Shown one piece after another: positions 1 to 10,377 of a DNA stretch of 64,000 nucleotides; positions within the stretch are counted from its first letter, which is position 1, and the number at the start of each line of letters is the position of its first letter. The notes beneath the pieces are model-generated. The model had not been told where the DNA came from. It did not search any database and saw only the letters and a list, made by a program, of their open reading frames with translations. Made by a program: the position numbers and the translations under genes. The DNA comes from an uncultured Gammaproteobacteria bacterium. Lineage in GTDB: Bacteria > Pseudomonadota > Gammaproteobacteria > GCA-001735895. Where the stretch lies: the NCBI GenBank assembly GCA_963934675.1, contig CAWVZP010000001.1, positions 105-64,104 of the forward strand. Direction: 5' to 3'.

Positions 1-1764
1 TACGCAATGACAGGCGATGTCTACTGGCATGGTATTGCTGCCCTGTCGCAAGTGCAGGGTGAACGCGCATTGCATATCGGTAAGTTTTGGAATTTTTTTG
101 AACACCTGCAACAGTGGCGAAAACGATTAACCCAACCACAAAGCTCACATGACTGGCAAACGTCACTACTGTCTTTGCTCGATGATTTTTTCCTCGAACT
201 GAGTGGCGGTGATGGGCAACTGCAACACATTCGTGATGTAATTTCGGAGCTCGGCACTAACAGCGAAATGGACATGTCCCCAGAACTGGTGAGCTTTTGG
301 ATGGAACAGCAGTTAGCCTCACAGGAAAAACCAGGGGGATTATTTTCAGGCGGCATCACTTTTTGTGGCATGCGTCCTATGCGCTGCCTACCGTTCGAAG
401 TAATCTGCTTACTCGGTATGAATGATGGTGATTTTCCTCGTCGCGACAGTCAGGTTGATTTCGATCTTATGAACAATAGCTGGAAACCGGGTGACCCGCT
501 AAAAGGTGACGAAGATCGCTACCTCATGCTGGAAACTCTACTGTGTACTCGAAAGGCGCTTTACCTCAGCTACTGTGGTCGCAGCCTAAAAGATAACGGC
601 GAATGCATGCCTTCAGTATTAGTCCATGAATTACTCGATTTTGTCGACCTTCGCTTCAAATTGGATCCTGTTGCTAAAAATCAAGCTGGCATTAGCATGA
701 GTCAACAAATCACCACGATTCATCCAATGCAGGCATTTTCCGAATCAAATTTTCAGTTGCCACTGCAAAGTTATAATCAGTATTGGTGTGATATTGCTAA
801 CCAGTTAACACAATCAAAACCGGCTAAACTGAGGCTAAACTGGTCTCAGCAACCCTTGGTTCCGGTATCGGAAGACGTGCCTTTGAGTAACCTCGATCTG
901 CTGCAACTCTGTCGTTTTTTGAGGCACCCAGTTGAATATTTTTTCCGCCAACGGCTCAAAATTTATCTTTATTCTGAAGACTTGGCTATTGATGAAGAAG
1001 TTTTTGACTTAGCTGGTTTAGAAAAATGGCATCTTAAACAACGTTTAGCCAATGATTATCTAAATCAGGTCGAAACCAATACCCACCATTTATCTGCTGA
1101 AGGCCTGTTACCCCATGGCCCTGCGGCGCATAGCTGCGTTGCTGCTATTAGCGATGCTCAGGAAAATTTGTTACTGCAACTTCGACCCTTTTATGGAGAA
1201 AAGGCTGAGCCTAAAAATATTTCGTTATCGTTTGATGCCAACATTTTATTAAATGGTTCGGTTGAAAATTATTATTCAAAACTAGGATTAATGGAATTCA
1301 CCAGTAGCAAACTGCAAGGTAAGCACTTCCTTTCTCTTTGGGTCAAACACCTTGCGATGTGCGCGACAAAACAATTTAATAAAGACGAGATGAGTTGTTT
1401 AATCTGTAGTGATCAGACAATGGTTTTTTCGCAAATAGAGGCCCAACAGGCGCAGTGCCAGCTGGCCGATTATGTCGGTTTATTTCAACAAGGTGTACAG
1501 TTGCCTCTGCCTATTTTTCCTGCGGCTAGTTATGCATTTGCTCACAATTTTTGTAAAAAAGGGGATGCTGAAAAAGCCACTAGTGCCGCTCATAAAGTCT
1601 GGCAAAGTAATAGTTGGGGAGGCTACTCAACCGGTGACGTTGATGATGCTTATATTCAATTAGCTCTACGCAACAACCTGCAAGACCCACTCGCGACAGA
1701 TCCGTTTCGCGAACACGCACAAACACTCTATGAATTGGCCTTAAGTAACGGTGAATTTTCGTGA
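1..1764 (+). CDS. recC: Exodeoxyribonuclease V gamma subunit RecC, C-terminal ~585 aa; the 5' end lies outside the window
   Basis: The reading frame is open to base 1. The stop overlaps the GTG start of the downstream UvrD-type helicase (recB) by 4 bp, and that overlaps recD in turn, giving the classic recC-recB-recD operon arrangement. The call rests on context and length rather than a recalled motif. Confidence 0.7.
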   Translation, partial: YAMTGDVYWHGIAALSQVQGERALHIGKFWNFFEHLQQWRKRLTQPQSSHDWQTSLLSLLDDFFLELSGGDGQLQHIRDVISELGTNSEMDMSPELVSFWMEQQLASQEKPGGLFSGGITFCGMRPMRCLPFEVICLLGMNDGDFPRRDSQVDFDLMNNSWKPGDPLKGDEDRYLMLETLLCTRKALYLSYCGRSLKDNGECMPSVLVHELLDFVDLRFKLDPVAKNQAGISMSQQITTIHPMQAFSESNFQLPLQSYNQYWCDIANQLTQSKPAKLRLNWSQQPLVPVSEDVPLSNLDLLQLCRFLRHPVEYFFRQRLKIYLYSEDLAIDEEVFDLAGLEKWHLKQRLANDYLNQVETNTHHLSAEGLLPHGPAAHSCVAAISDAQENLLLQLRPFYGEKAEPKNISLSFDANILLNGSVENYYSKLGLMEFTSSKLQGKHFLSLWVKHLAMCATKQFNKDEMSCLICSDQTMVFSQIEAQQAQCQLADYVGLFQQGVQLPLPIFPAASYAFAHNFCKKGDAEKATSAAHKVWQSNSWGGYSTGDVDDAYIQLALRNNLQDPLATDPFREHAQTLYELALSNGEFS

Positions 1765-4700
1765 TTCATAATCTACCCGAAATGCTTGACGCTGAGAAGA
1801 TGCTGAGTATTGATCTTAACGGCATTAAATTGATTGAAGCGAGTGCTGGTACAGGTAAAACTTATACCATTGCCAACCTTTATTTACGTTACATTTTAGA
1901 GGGTCGTACACCGTCAGAGATTTTAGTCGTGACTTTCACTAATGCGGCCACGCAAGAATTACGGGGTCGTATCCGAGCACGTTTATTTCAAACGCTTCAG
2001 TTATTCGACACATCCGTTGCATCATCCGATCAATTTTTATCTGAACTCTTTAAACAATGGCAGGGTTTTGAACAAGACCAACAGTCTTTATGGTTTGACC
2101 GATTGCAACTGGCGCTTCGTTGTATGGATGAATCATCGATCTCAACGATTCATAGTTTTTGTCAACGAGCGATGCAGGATCACGCACTACAAAGTAATCA
2201 ATTTTTTGAAACTCATTTAATGGCGGATGATCGGTTGCTTTGGGAGCAAGCATTAAAAGACTGGTGGCGTACCAATAGTTACTCATTGCAACAATCTGAT
2301 TGGGATTTATTAGAGTCATCGCTTGGCGGTATCGAAACCCTCATTAAGCTGCAACAAGAGATCCGTAACAGCCATGCGGTTAAGTGGTTTCCAGTTGTTG
2401 ATAAAACATTGGCGGAACTGTATTCAGAATGGCACGCACTAGACGATGTGGTGAAGCAGCTTGGTCAGGCATGGCAAACTGAGCGTCACTCAATATTTGA
2501 TATTTTGCTTAATTCGACGGCCTTGTCGCGTGGCGTTAAGCTACCGTATCACAAGGACAACCTTGAAGAATTCATGGCCGAGATTGATTACTGGTTTGGT
2601 TCAGATCAGCCACTCAAAATACCCAAAAGCGCCAAATATTTAGGTTCTACTGGACTGTATGAAAACTCAAAGCCGAAACAACGAGGCAAAGATGACAGCC
2701 TGGATCATTCGTTCTTTCTGGCCATGGAAGACTTTTTACAACAAGTAACGCAGATTCTATCAGCCTTTCGTTCAGTTGCTTTATTGAAAGCTTTTGAGTA
2801 TTCAACTGACAATGTCCACCAGCAAAAAAATCAAAGCAGGTCACTCGCTTATGACGATCAGTTAAACCTGCTACTCGATGCACTTCGCAAACCGCAGTCA
2901 GATAAGTTGATAGCTGATCTTCGAACCCATTTTCCAGTCGCGATGATTGACGAGTTTCAAGATACTGATGCGACCCAGTATGAAATTTTCGAACGACTGT
3001 ATTTTTCACAAGACAATCTTAGCCTAACCATGATTGGTGACCCTAAACAGGCTATCTATAGTTTTCGCGGTGGCGACATTTTTACCTACATGAAGGCACG
3101 TAATGCGCCAGAGGTTGGTCTTTGGTCGCTGAAAAAAAACTGGCGCTCACAGTCAGATTTGATAAAAGCGGTTAACGCTTTTTTCACCAGTCACAATGCC
3201 CCTTTTATCTACGATGATGCTATTAACTTTACCGAGGCACAGGCAGCGCCACAATCAACCGCTGCTGGCCTTAGTCTTAACGGCGCAATTCAGTCACCGA
3301 TCACACTTTGGCATATTCCGCTGAATGAAAAAAACAAAACTTTTTCGAAAGATTTAATCAGTCAGCGTCTAAATGAAGCAACCGCCAATGAAATAGTATC
3401 GCTTATTTTAGCCGGACAAAAAGGTAATGCTTTCTTTGGTGACCATGCCTTACGCAGTGGTGATATTGCGGTATTGGTTCGTACCTCTCTTGAGGGTGAT
3501 GAACTTCGCCGGGTGCTTTCGATCAAGGGCGTCAAGTCTGTTACGATTGGTAAAGATAAAATATTTGATAGTGAAGAAGCTCATGCCTTGTATGACTTAC
3601 TCCAAGCCGTTGGACACTATAGTGATCGACAAAGTTTACGTCAGGCCGTTGCTAGCCCACTGCTAGGCCATGACTATCAACATATCGCTTCTATCCTTGA
3701 TGATTCTGATAGCTGGCAACAGTGGATCGGAAACTTTCGTGATTTACATAAGCTTTGGATCGGCAAGGGCTTTATTGCCATGTTTCAGCCCTTACTCCAT
3801 CGCCTTGAAATTCCCCAAACACTTGCGATGTCTGAAAACGCCGAACGCCGCCTAACCAATTTGTTGCACCTTGGCGAAGTATTACAGCAGCAATCGAGGC
3901 TCTGCGCAGGCATTGATAGTCTGCTTGCCTGGTTTCAAAAACAGATGACGGAAGCAGATACCGACGAAGCTGAACTACGCCTCGAAAGTGATGCGGCATT
4001 GGTTAAAATTGTGACCATCCACAAGAGTAAAGGTCTTGAATATCCCGTCGTGTTTTTACCTTTTCTTTGGAACTGTCGAGCAGGTAGTTATAAACCGGAT
4101 GATTTAATACGCTTTCATGATGAACAATTTAATCCCGTTATCGACATGGGTAGCAACCGTCGTGAACAACACCAGTGTATCGCCGAAAAAGAAAGACTAG
4201 CTGAAGATTTACGCTTGCTCTACGTTGCACTGACCCGTGCGCGCAGCAAGGTCTATCTTGCCTGGGGTGATGTTGGTGGTGCAGCCAGTAAAGGGCAACC
4301 TTATCAGTCTGCTCTGGCTTATTTACTCCATTCTGAGCAAACACCCGAAGACTTAACAATACAACTACCCTGTGGTTTTACGGACCCATCGATTATACCT
4401 GCAGACTTGGACAAGCTGGTGGCAAGAAGTGGAGGTCGAATAGCAGTGTCAACTTTACCTGAATTAACGGACTCAGTAGCTATACAGATTAATAACAAGC
4501 GGGTTGTGTTGGTCGAGGCAACTCCGTATCGAGCCCAAAAAGTAACGGCCTGGCGTATCGCGAGTTTCTCCAGTTTGACAAGGGATGTACATCAAGCTTC
4601 GCACCGGGGGTCGAACACACTTAGTAATGACCCAGTTTTTAATTTTCCTGCTGGTAGCCATGCAGGTTTGCTGCTGCACCACTTGCTGGAAGAGCTTGAT

Positions 4701-5381
4701 TTTAGCACCAACATATCGGTCCAATGTAGCCAACTTATCCCTAGATTTGCGCCCAGATATGGACTTGATGCCCCGGAGCATTATAAAACTCTGGTACATT
4801 GGATAGAACAAGTGGTGGCAACCGAACTCAATATTAACGGATTATCGCTATCCAAACTCAATCAATCGCAGCGCTTAAACGAACTCTCGTTTGATTTTGC
4901 ATTAGATCATCTCGACATTGACCAATTAAATCGCCTGCTGGCACAAATCTTCCACTCATCTTCTATCAGTTCTGGCATCGAACCCATTTCAGCCGTAGGA
5001 TTTCAAGGCCTTATTACCGGCATAATCGATCTTATTTTTGAATTTGAAGGTAAGTTTTATGTTGCTGATTATAAGAGCAACCACTTAGGTCATAATCTCC
5101 AGGATTACGCACCTGATGCTTTAAGCCAAGCTATTATTGATAGGCGGTATGACTTACAGTATTTGATTTATTCCATAGCGCTGCATCGTTATCTAGCAAC
5201 ACGAATAACTGACTATAAATACGAAACCCATTTTGGTGGCGTTTATTATTTATTTATTCGAGCCATGCGTCCTGAATTTGGTTCTACTTACGGCGTTTTT
5301 TTTGAGCTACCCAATTATGAGCATATTTGTGCACTCGAAAAATTGTTAATACTACCGCTTGATGTAAGGTCTCGGGCATGA
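1761..5381 (+). CDS. recB: Exodeoxyribonuclease V beta subunit RecB (UvrD-like helicase plus C-terminal nuclease), 1206 aa
   Basis: N-terminal Walker A (ASAGTGKTYTI), UvrD/Rep helicase motifs (e.g. TFTNAAT, VDEFQDT, VTIHKSKGLEY) and a C-terminal nuclease domain. The GTG start overlaps the recC stop and the stop overlaps the recD start. Confidence 0.9.
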   Translation: MIHNLPEMLDAEKMLSIDLNGIKLIEASAGTGKTYTIANLYLRYILEGRTPSEILVVTFTNAATQELRGRIRARLFQTLQLFDTSVASSDQFLSELFKQWQGFEQDQQSLWFDRLQLALRCMDESSISTIHSFCQRAMQDHALQSNQFFETHLMADDRLLWEQALKDWWRTNSYSLQQSDWDLLESSLGGIETLIKLQQEIRNSHAVKWFPVVDKTLAELYSEWHALDDVVKQLGQAWQTERHSIFDILLNSTALSRGVKLPYHKDNLEEFMAEIDYWFGSDQPLKIPKSAKYLGSTGLYENSKPKQRGKDDSLDHSFFLAMEDFLQQVTQILSAFRSVALLKAFEYSTDNVHQQKNQSRSLAYDDQLNLLLDALRKPQSDKLIADLRTHFPVAMIDEFQDTDATQYEIFERLYFSQDNLSLTMIGDPKQAIYSFRGGDIFTYMKARNAPEVGLWSLKKNWRSQSDLIKAVNAFFTSHNAPFIYDDAINFTEAQAAPQSTAAGLSLNGAIQSPITLWHIPLNEKNKTFSKDLISQRLNEATANEIVSLILAGQKGNAFFGDHALRSGDIAVLVRTSLEGDELRRVLSIKGVKSVTIGKDKIFDSEEAHALYDLLQAVGHYSDRQSLRQAVASPLLGHDYQHIASILDDSDSWQQWIGNFRDLHKLWIGKGFIAMFQPLLHRLEIPQTLAMSENAERRLTNLLHLGEVLQQQSRLCAGIDSLLAWFQKQMTEADTDEAELRLESDAALVKIVTIHKSKGLEYPVVFLPFLWNCRAGSYKPDDLIRFHDEQFNPVIDMGSNRREQHQCIAEKERLAEDLRLLYVALTRARSKVYLAWGDVGGAASKGQPYQSALAYLLHSEQTPEDLTIQLPCGFTDPSIIPADLDKLVARSGGRIAVSTLPELTDSVAIQINNKRVVLVEATPYRAQKVTAWRIASFSSLTRDVHQASHRGSNTLSNDPVFNFPAGSHAGLLLHHLLEELDFSTNISVQCSQLIPRFAPRYGLDAPEHYKTLVHWIEQVVATELNINGLSLSKLNQSQRLNELSFDFALDHLDIDQLNRLLAQIFHSSSISSGIEPISAVGFQGLITGIIDLIFEFEGKFYVADYKSNHLGHNLQDYAPDALSQAIIDRRYDLQYLIYSIALHRYLATRITDYKYETHFGGVYYLFIRAMRPEFGSTYGVFFELPNYEHICALEKLLILPLDVRSRA

Positions 5382-7294
5382 GTTTAGCTTTAAAACAGCT
5401 TGCGAAAGCCGGCGATATCTCTTACTTAAGCTATTATTTTGCCGAGTTTATTGCTCAGCAGTCTGATTTCGAAATGGATGACCTTGTTGTAATTAGTGCG
5501 GCATTGGTGAGCGAGAAAAACCAGCAAGGAGATGTTTGTGTTGTTTTGGACCAGTACCTTAATCAGCCTTTGTTTTCTACTATTGTTTCGATCATACCAA
5601 CATTGCCTAAGGTTACTTCTATTTCGGCTTGGCAAAAGTTACTTGAGGATTCCCCCTGTGTCGGAAACCCCGGTGACAACTCACCTTTAATCCTAGAAGG
5701 CAAACGATTGTACTTAAACCGGTTCTGGTTTTATGAAACTCAGGTTGCTCAATCAATTTTGGCTAGATTGAGTCATCCAGTGCCGATAGATCAGGCACGA
5801 TTTCTACCTTGTTTAAGACAGTTATTCCCCGATGTAGATAAAACTAGCGATTCCGTGGGCCAAATGATTGCAGTTGCCATTGCGGCTAGCCATCGCTTTT
5901 CTGTTATTTCTGGAGGCCCTGGTACGGGTAAAACCACCACCGTCGTCAAACTACTCTCATTGCTACTGTCGCAGTCTCCCCAGATGCGCATCCAGCTCGC
6001 TGCCCCGACGGGTAAAGCCGCTATGCGCTTAGTTGACTCTATCCAAACCCAGATCAGCAACCTTTCTAAGAGCAATATCTCTGAGGACAATCTTGTCGAA
6101 GATCGTATTATCCAAAGCTTAATTCCGACAGAGGCCAGCACTATTCATCGCTTACTCGGATATGGCAATCAAAAGTATCGATATTCTCGAGATCATCCAC
6201 TGCAAATCGACTGCATTGTTGTTGATGAAGCCTCAATGATTGATCTTACCTTGATGTATCATTTAATGGATGCATTACCGCCATACGCCCGAGTTATATT
6301 ACTCGGTGATCGAGATCAACTGGCTTCGGTCGCAGCCGGTAATGTGTTGGGTGACATCACCGGTCATGGTCTTTCAATTGGCTATACGCAATTGCAGACA
6401 GATTTTATTGATTCGATTATGACTAGCCTGTTGCCAGTTGAACAACCGATTGGGCAAACCACTGAACCAACGGATGAACAACCCATTGCAAACGCAATTG
6501 CGCTTCTTAAACATAGCTATCGTTTTAAATCTGATAGTAGCATTGGCCAATTGGCGGTATTCATTAATCAGGGCTTTGGACAACAAGTGATTGATTTATT
6601 GTCGGCAGGCGGCGAAAACCTTTACTGGCAACATGATATCGGTAAAGCACTTGCAGCTGACACGCTCGACTGGATCATTAACCAATATAAAATTGTCATT
6701 TTTGCCAAAACTGTGGATGAAGCTCTTGTTGCGTTTGAAAAAATTAGAATCTTGTGCGCTATACGCTCTGGTCCGTTTGGTGTAACTGAAATAAATCGTC
6801 TAATTACAGCACGAATTTTGGCACAAGGATGGATTAAGAAAAGGCTGCTTGATTCCAATAAATTTGACCCTAAACAAAGCGACTACTACCAGGGTCAACC
6901 TCTACTTATTACTCAAAATGACTATGAATTAAATCTATTCAATGGTGATGTCGGCATGGTGTGGCCAGACGCGTTGGGGAGTTTACGTGCTTATTTTCGG
7001 GGTCCTAACAGCAGTCTACGTGAATTACATTTACAAAACCTGGCCGAACATACCACTGCCTGGGCAATGACCGTACACAAATCTCAAGGTTCAGAGTTCG
7101 ATATCGTATTACTCGTGATACCCTGTGACGAATCTAGCCATTCGCTCAGCCGAGAACTTTTATATACCGGTGCAACTAGAGCGCGACAGCAGTTATATAT
7201 TCACTCATCGACTGCTTCAATTATTTCTAGCTGTCATACAATCACTCAGCGAAACTCTGGCCTTGCTCAAAAGCTCGGATGGATGGACTGCTGA
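5378..7294 (+). CDS. recD: Exodeoxyribonuclease V alpha subunit RecD, 638 aa
   Basis: Walker A (GGPGTGKTT), a DEAS box (VVDEASMID) and a C-terminal SF1 helicase motif (MTVHKSQGSEF). The ATG overlaps the recB stop (ATGA). Confidence 0.9.
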   Translation: MSLALKQLAKAGDISYLSYYFAEFIAQQSDFEMDDLVVISAALVSEKNQQGDVCVVLDQYLNQPLFSTIVSIIPTLPKVTSISAWQKLLEDSPCVGNPGDNSPLILEGKRLYLNRFWFYETQVAQSILARLSHPVPIDQARFLPCLRQLFPDVDKTSDSVGQMIAVAIAASHRFSVISGGPGTGKTTTVVKLLSLLLSQSPQMRIQLAAPTGKAAMRLVDSIQTQISNLSKSNISEDNLVEDRIIQSLIPTEASTIHRLLGYGNQKYRYSRDHPLQIDCIVVDEASMIDLTLMYHLMDALPPYARVILLGDRDQLASVAAGNVLGDITGHGLSIGYTQLQTDFIDSIMTSLLPVEQPIGQTTEPTDEQPIANAIALLKHSYRFKSDSSIGQLAVFINQGFGQQVIDLLSAGGENLYWQHDIGKALAADTLDWIINQYKIVIFAKTVDEALVAFEKIRILCAIRSGPFGVTEINRLITARILAQGWIKKRLLDSNKFDPKQSDYYQGQPLLITQNDYELNLFNGDVGMVWPDALGSLRAYFRGPNSSLRELHLQNLAEHTTAWAMTVHKSQGSEFDIVLLVIPCDESSHSLSRELLYTGATRARQQLYIHSSTASIISSCHTITQRNSGLAQKLGWMDC

Positions 7295-7400
7295 TTTATA
7301 TGTTTTTAGCCGAAAGCTTTTATTACCGACAAAATGACCTAAATATCTATTTATGTCATTTTCTTAGGACTAAGAAGATTGAGTTCAGCATCGCCCTATT

Positions 7401-9083
7401 ATGAATAAATTTTCATTTGGTACCGCGCTCATTGTTGATGATGATCTAGCCAATCGTTTCATTCTTAAAAAGTTACTAGAGCAATACAACTATCGAATTG
7501 TAGAAGCTAGCAATGGCCAAGAAGCAATTGACCAATACCATAAAGAAAAACCCAACATTATTTTTATGGATGTCATCATGCCAATAATGGATGGATATGA
7601 TGCCACCATTCTAATCAAGGCCGCTGCCGGAAGTAATTTTGTGCCTGTGATTTTTTTGACTGTAATGAGTGATGAAAAATCAATTACCAAGTGTATCGAA
7701 GTCGGTGGCGACGACTTTATGGTCAAACCCTATGACCCATTTTTGTTAAATACCAAAATTCAGGCTATGCATCGTATTACGACTTTGAATCAAAAAATAC
7801 AAGGTATGTACCACATGATTAACCGCGAACAAGAAATTGCAGAAACATTTCTTGTTAATGCTATTCGGGGTCAAAATGTTGAAAGTGCCTTTCTTAAAAC
7901 CTCAATTCGACCTGCCAATATATTTAGTGGCGATATGGTTCTCTCTGCTTATTCTCCTTCTCGTGATTTGTTTGTATTAATTGGTGACTTTACTGGTCAT
8001 GGATTGTCGGCAGCACTTGGCGCATTACCTGTATCAGATGTATTTCGCGCAATGACTAAAAAAGGATTTGGTGCCGGTGATATATTGTTGGCGCTCAATC
8101 GCAAGTTGAATAAACTATTACCAACTGGAATTTTTTTCGGTGTTCAACTAATTGTGGTCAGCCACAGTCTGGAATTTGCCACTGTGTACAATGCTGGAAT
8201 GCCAGACGTTCTTATTGTTGACGGCAAAACTAACAAGATAAAACACACGCTTAAATCACGCGGGTTGCCGTTGGGTGTGATAGCGCACATTGATCCAAAA
8301 GAAATTGGCGAGCAGGTTGCTATATCTGGCAACAGTAAAATTTTAATGTTTAGTGATGGCCTGACTGAAGCCCGTAACACTGAGGATGAGGCCTTTGGCG
8401 AAGATCGATTGGCGTATGGCATAGCAGAAGCAGCTGAGCATAATCTGTTCGAACATATTTTTTGTTTGCTGGACTCATTTTGTGGCGATATGGTTCAAGC
8501 TGATGATGTGACCTTGGTCGAAATTTCCTGTGTACCCGGTATATTGCCATTATTTGATGCTTCTACACCTAAGAAGCTTTCAAAAGCAAAAGGCGAATGG
8601 GATTTTTCATTCAAGTTCCACGGTGAACGGTTATTAGAGACGGATCCAATTCCTATTTTGGTTGGTTATATTATGGAATTAGAAGGGATCAAGTCAGAAC
8701 GTCAATCAATATATACCATTTTGACCGAACTTTATGTTAATGCACTTGATCACGGTGTATTAGGACTTTGCTCAGGTTTAAAATCTGATTCTAATGGATT
8801 CACTCAGTATCTTACTGATCGCGAATCAAAACTGCTAAGCTTAAAAACTGGCTTTGTACAGTTTGACCTAAGCTGTCGTCAAGGTGATGGCTTTCGAGAT
8901 ATTACGATTCGCATAGAAGATAGTGGTGCCGGCTTTGATTATAAAAATTACAGACCGCCTAAAAGTAATGAATCAGCTCTTAGTGGTCGAGGTCTCGTGT
9001 TAGTCAATGCATTTTGTCAATCTCTTACCTACGAGGGCAGTGGAAACATTGCTTCTGCCGTTTTTAGATCTAAAACAGTTTAA
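7401..9083 (+). CDS. Three-domain signalling protein: CheY-like receiver, then PP2C/SpoIIE-type serine phosphatase, then RsbW/SpoIIAB-like serine kinase (HATPase_c). This is the HsbR-like architecture.
   Basis: The N-terminus has the receiver-domain acidic pocket (IVDDD ... FMDVIMP). The middle region matches a PP2C/SpoIIE phosphatase (GDMVLSAYSPSRDLFVLIGDFTGHGLSAALGALP, FSDGLTEA). The C-terminus has an N-box (ELYVNALDHG), a G1 box (IEDSGAGFD) and a G2 box (SGRGLVLV) typical of anti-sigma-factor-type kinases. Confidence 0.8.
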   Translation: MNKFSFGTALIVDDDLANRFILKKLLEQYNYRIVEASNGQEAIDQYHKEKPNIIFMDVIMPIMDGYDATILIKAAAGSNFVPVIFLTVMSDEKSITKCIEVGGDDFMVKPYDPFLLNTKIQAMHRITTLNQKIQGMYHMINREQEIAETFLVNAIRGQNVESAFLKTSIRPANIFSGDMVLSAYSPSRDLFVLIGDFTGHGLSAALGALPVSDVFRAMTKKGFGAGDILLALNRKLNKLLPTGIFFGVQLIVVSHSLEFATVYNAGMPDVLIVDGKTNKIKHTLKSRGLPLGVIAHIDPKEIGEQVAISGNSKILMFSDGLTEARNTEDEAFGEDRLAYGIAEAAEHNLFEHIFCLLDSFCGDMVQADDVTLVEISCVPGILPLFDASTPKKLSKAKGEWDFSFKFHGERLLETDPIPILVGYIMELEGIKSERQSIYTILTELYVNALDHGVLGLCSGLKSDSNGFTQYLTDRESKLLSLKTGFVQFDLSCRQGDGFRDITIRIEDSGAGFDYKNYRPPKSNESALSGRGLVLVNAFCQSLTYEGSGNIASAVFRSKTV

Positions 9084-9262
9084 GTCGATCTTTTAGGAAG
9101 TGATTTTTTATGACTGTTTTTGTGTTCTACAATTATTAGCGCTTTGTTATAATTGGTTATATTCCTATAACGATGCACCAACAATAGGTACTATAAGAGA
9201 ACCTATCTTTTAACCATATCCGTTAGCTAAATGATTAAAATAATCTAAATGGAAATTGCACC

Positions 9263-9607
9263 ATGAATGATAGCTCAGTGATTGATAGTCGTACATTAGC
9301 TGCATTGCAAGAGGCCATGGGAGAAGACTTTTCAGAATTAATATTAATATTTATTGAATCGACTGAGGATATTTTGACTAACCTTTTGAGAGCTTTTAAT
9401 CAACAAGATGTTGTATCGTTTACTCTTGAAGCCCATAGTTTAAAGTCAAGCAGCGCTAATCTTGGCGGTCTTATCCTGTCAAAAATGGGCGCTGAGCTTG
9501 AAATAGCGGGTCGTCTAGGACAGCTGCCTGAATCGGAGGCGTTTATAAATCCGCTCAAAGAAACCTTCGCACGAATGGAAAAAGAGTTGCAGCAATACCA
9601 AAACTAA
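9263..9607 (+). CDS. Single-domain histidine phosphotransfer (Hpt) protein, 114 aa
   Basis: Hpt signature HSLKSSSANLGG with the phosphorylatable His. It lies 180 bp downstream of the receiver-PP2C-kinase gene and is co-oriented with it. Confidence 0.75.
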   Translation: MNDSSVIDSRTLAALQEAMGEDFSELILIFIESTEDILTNLLRAFNQQDVVSFTLEAHSLKSSSANLGGLILSKMGAELEIAGRLGQLPESEAFINPLKETFARMEKELQQYQN

Positions 9608-9661
9608 TGGCTATCGCTGCAATTTTACTACAGGACGGTTGAAGGCCAACTGCTACTGAAT

Positions 9662-10294
9662 TTAGTTCGCTAGTTTTAACTCACTTGCAACGAGATAATC
9701 AATAATTTTAATCAAGCGATCATTACTGCCCGCCATTGATCCAGATGCCAAATACTTACCGTTGATGATTATTGCTGGAACGCCGTTGTGGCCATAGCGC
9801 TTCTCGATTTGAGAGTTTTTACGTATTTGAGTATCAACGGGAAACGAAGCGTAGCTCTCTCGAAAAAGTTTTTCATCCAAGCCCTGATCAGCGACGAAAT
9901 CAGCTAATTGGTCGATATTATTTAAGCGTTTTCGTTCTAAGTGTATTTCATCAAATAACTTCTTGTGTACCTGCCCGTGTACGCCCATTAATTTTAACGC
10001 ATAGAAGGTTCTAGCGTGGGTAGACCAGCTAGGATTCAGCACCGAAGGAACTTGTTCAAACACGACACCTGTAGGAATTGTTTTCTGCCAATGCTCAATA
10101 TAAGACTCAAGACGATAACAATGCGGACAGCCATACCAAAAAATTTCTGTAACGACTACTTTTTCAGGATGACTTGTTTTTACCATTGTTGGAATAGCTT
10201 TGTAGTCAACACCCTCTACATAGGCTTGCTGAGCTATTGCTTGTGTAGTTATCAAAAAGACGGTTATAAGGCCTAGTGCCCATTTTTTCATCAT
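9662..10294 (-). CDS. dsbA: Periplasmic thiol:disulfide oxidoreductase DsbA
   Basis: Signal peptide and a thioredoxin-fold CPHC active site (WYGCPHCY). Length 210 aa. It sits next to cytochrome c4 and engB as in many gammaproteobacteria. Confidence 0.85.
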   Translation of the reverse strand: MMKKWALGLITVFLITTQAIAQQAYVEGVDYKAIPTMVKTSHPEKVVVTEIFWYGCPHCYRLESYIEHWQKTIPTGVVFEQVPSVLNPSWSTHARTFYALKLMGVHGQVHKKLFDEIHLERKRLNNIDQLADFVADQGLDEKLFRESYASFPVDTQIRKNSQIEKRYGHNGVPAIIINGKYLASGSMAGSNDRLIKIIDYLVASELKLAN

Positions 10295-10377
10295 AAGAGA
10301 ATCTCTATTTTCATTTTAAAAAAATTAATTAATATAACTTGTGCCTTATTCACCAGACTTTAACTTTTTGGCAGACT

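Noticed and set aside
21-371. A 116-aa minus-strand ORF inside recC. Similar antisense ORFs lie inside recB and recD (2050-2319, 2647-3009, 3772-3999, 4138-4359, 4473-4811, 5426-5635, 5791-6141, 6374-6586, 6622-6858).
   Set aside because: They are fully embedded antisense to strongly supported long genes. Their composition is low-complexity or Cys/Ser/Arg-rich, typical of shadow ORFs, and none has a start signal or recognisable motif.
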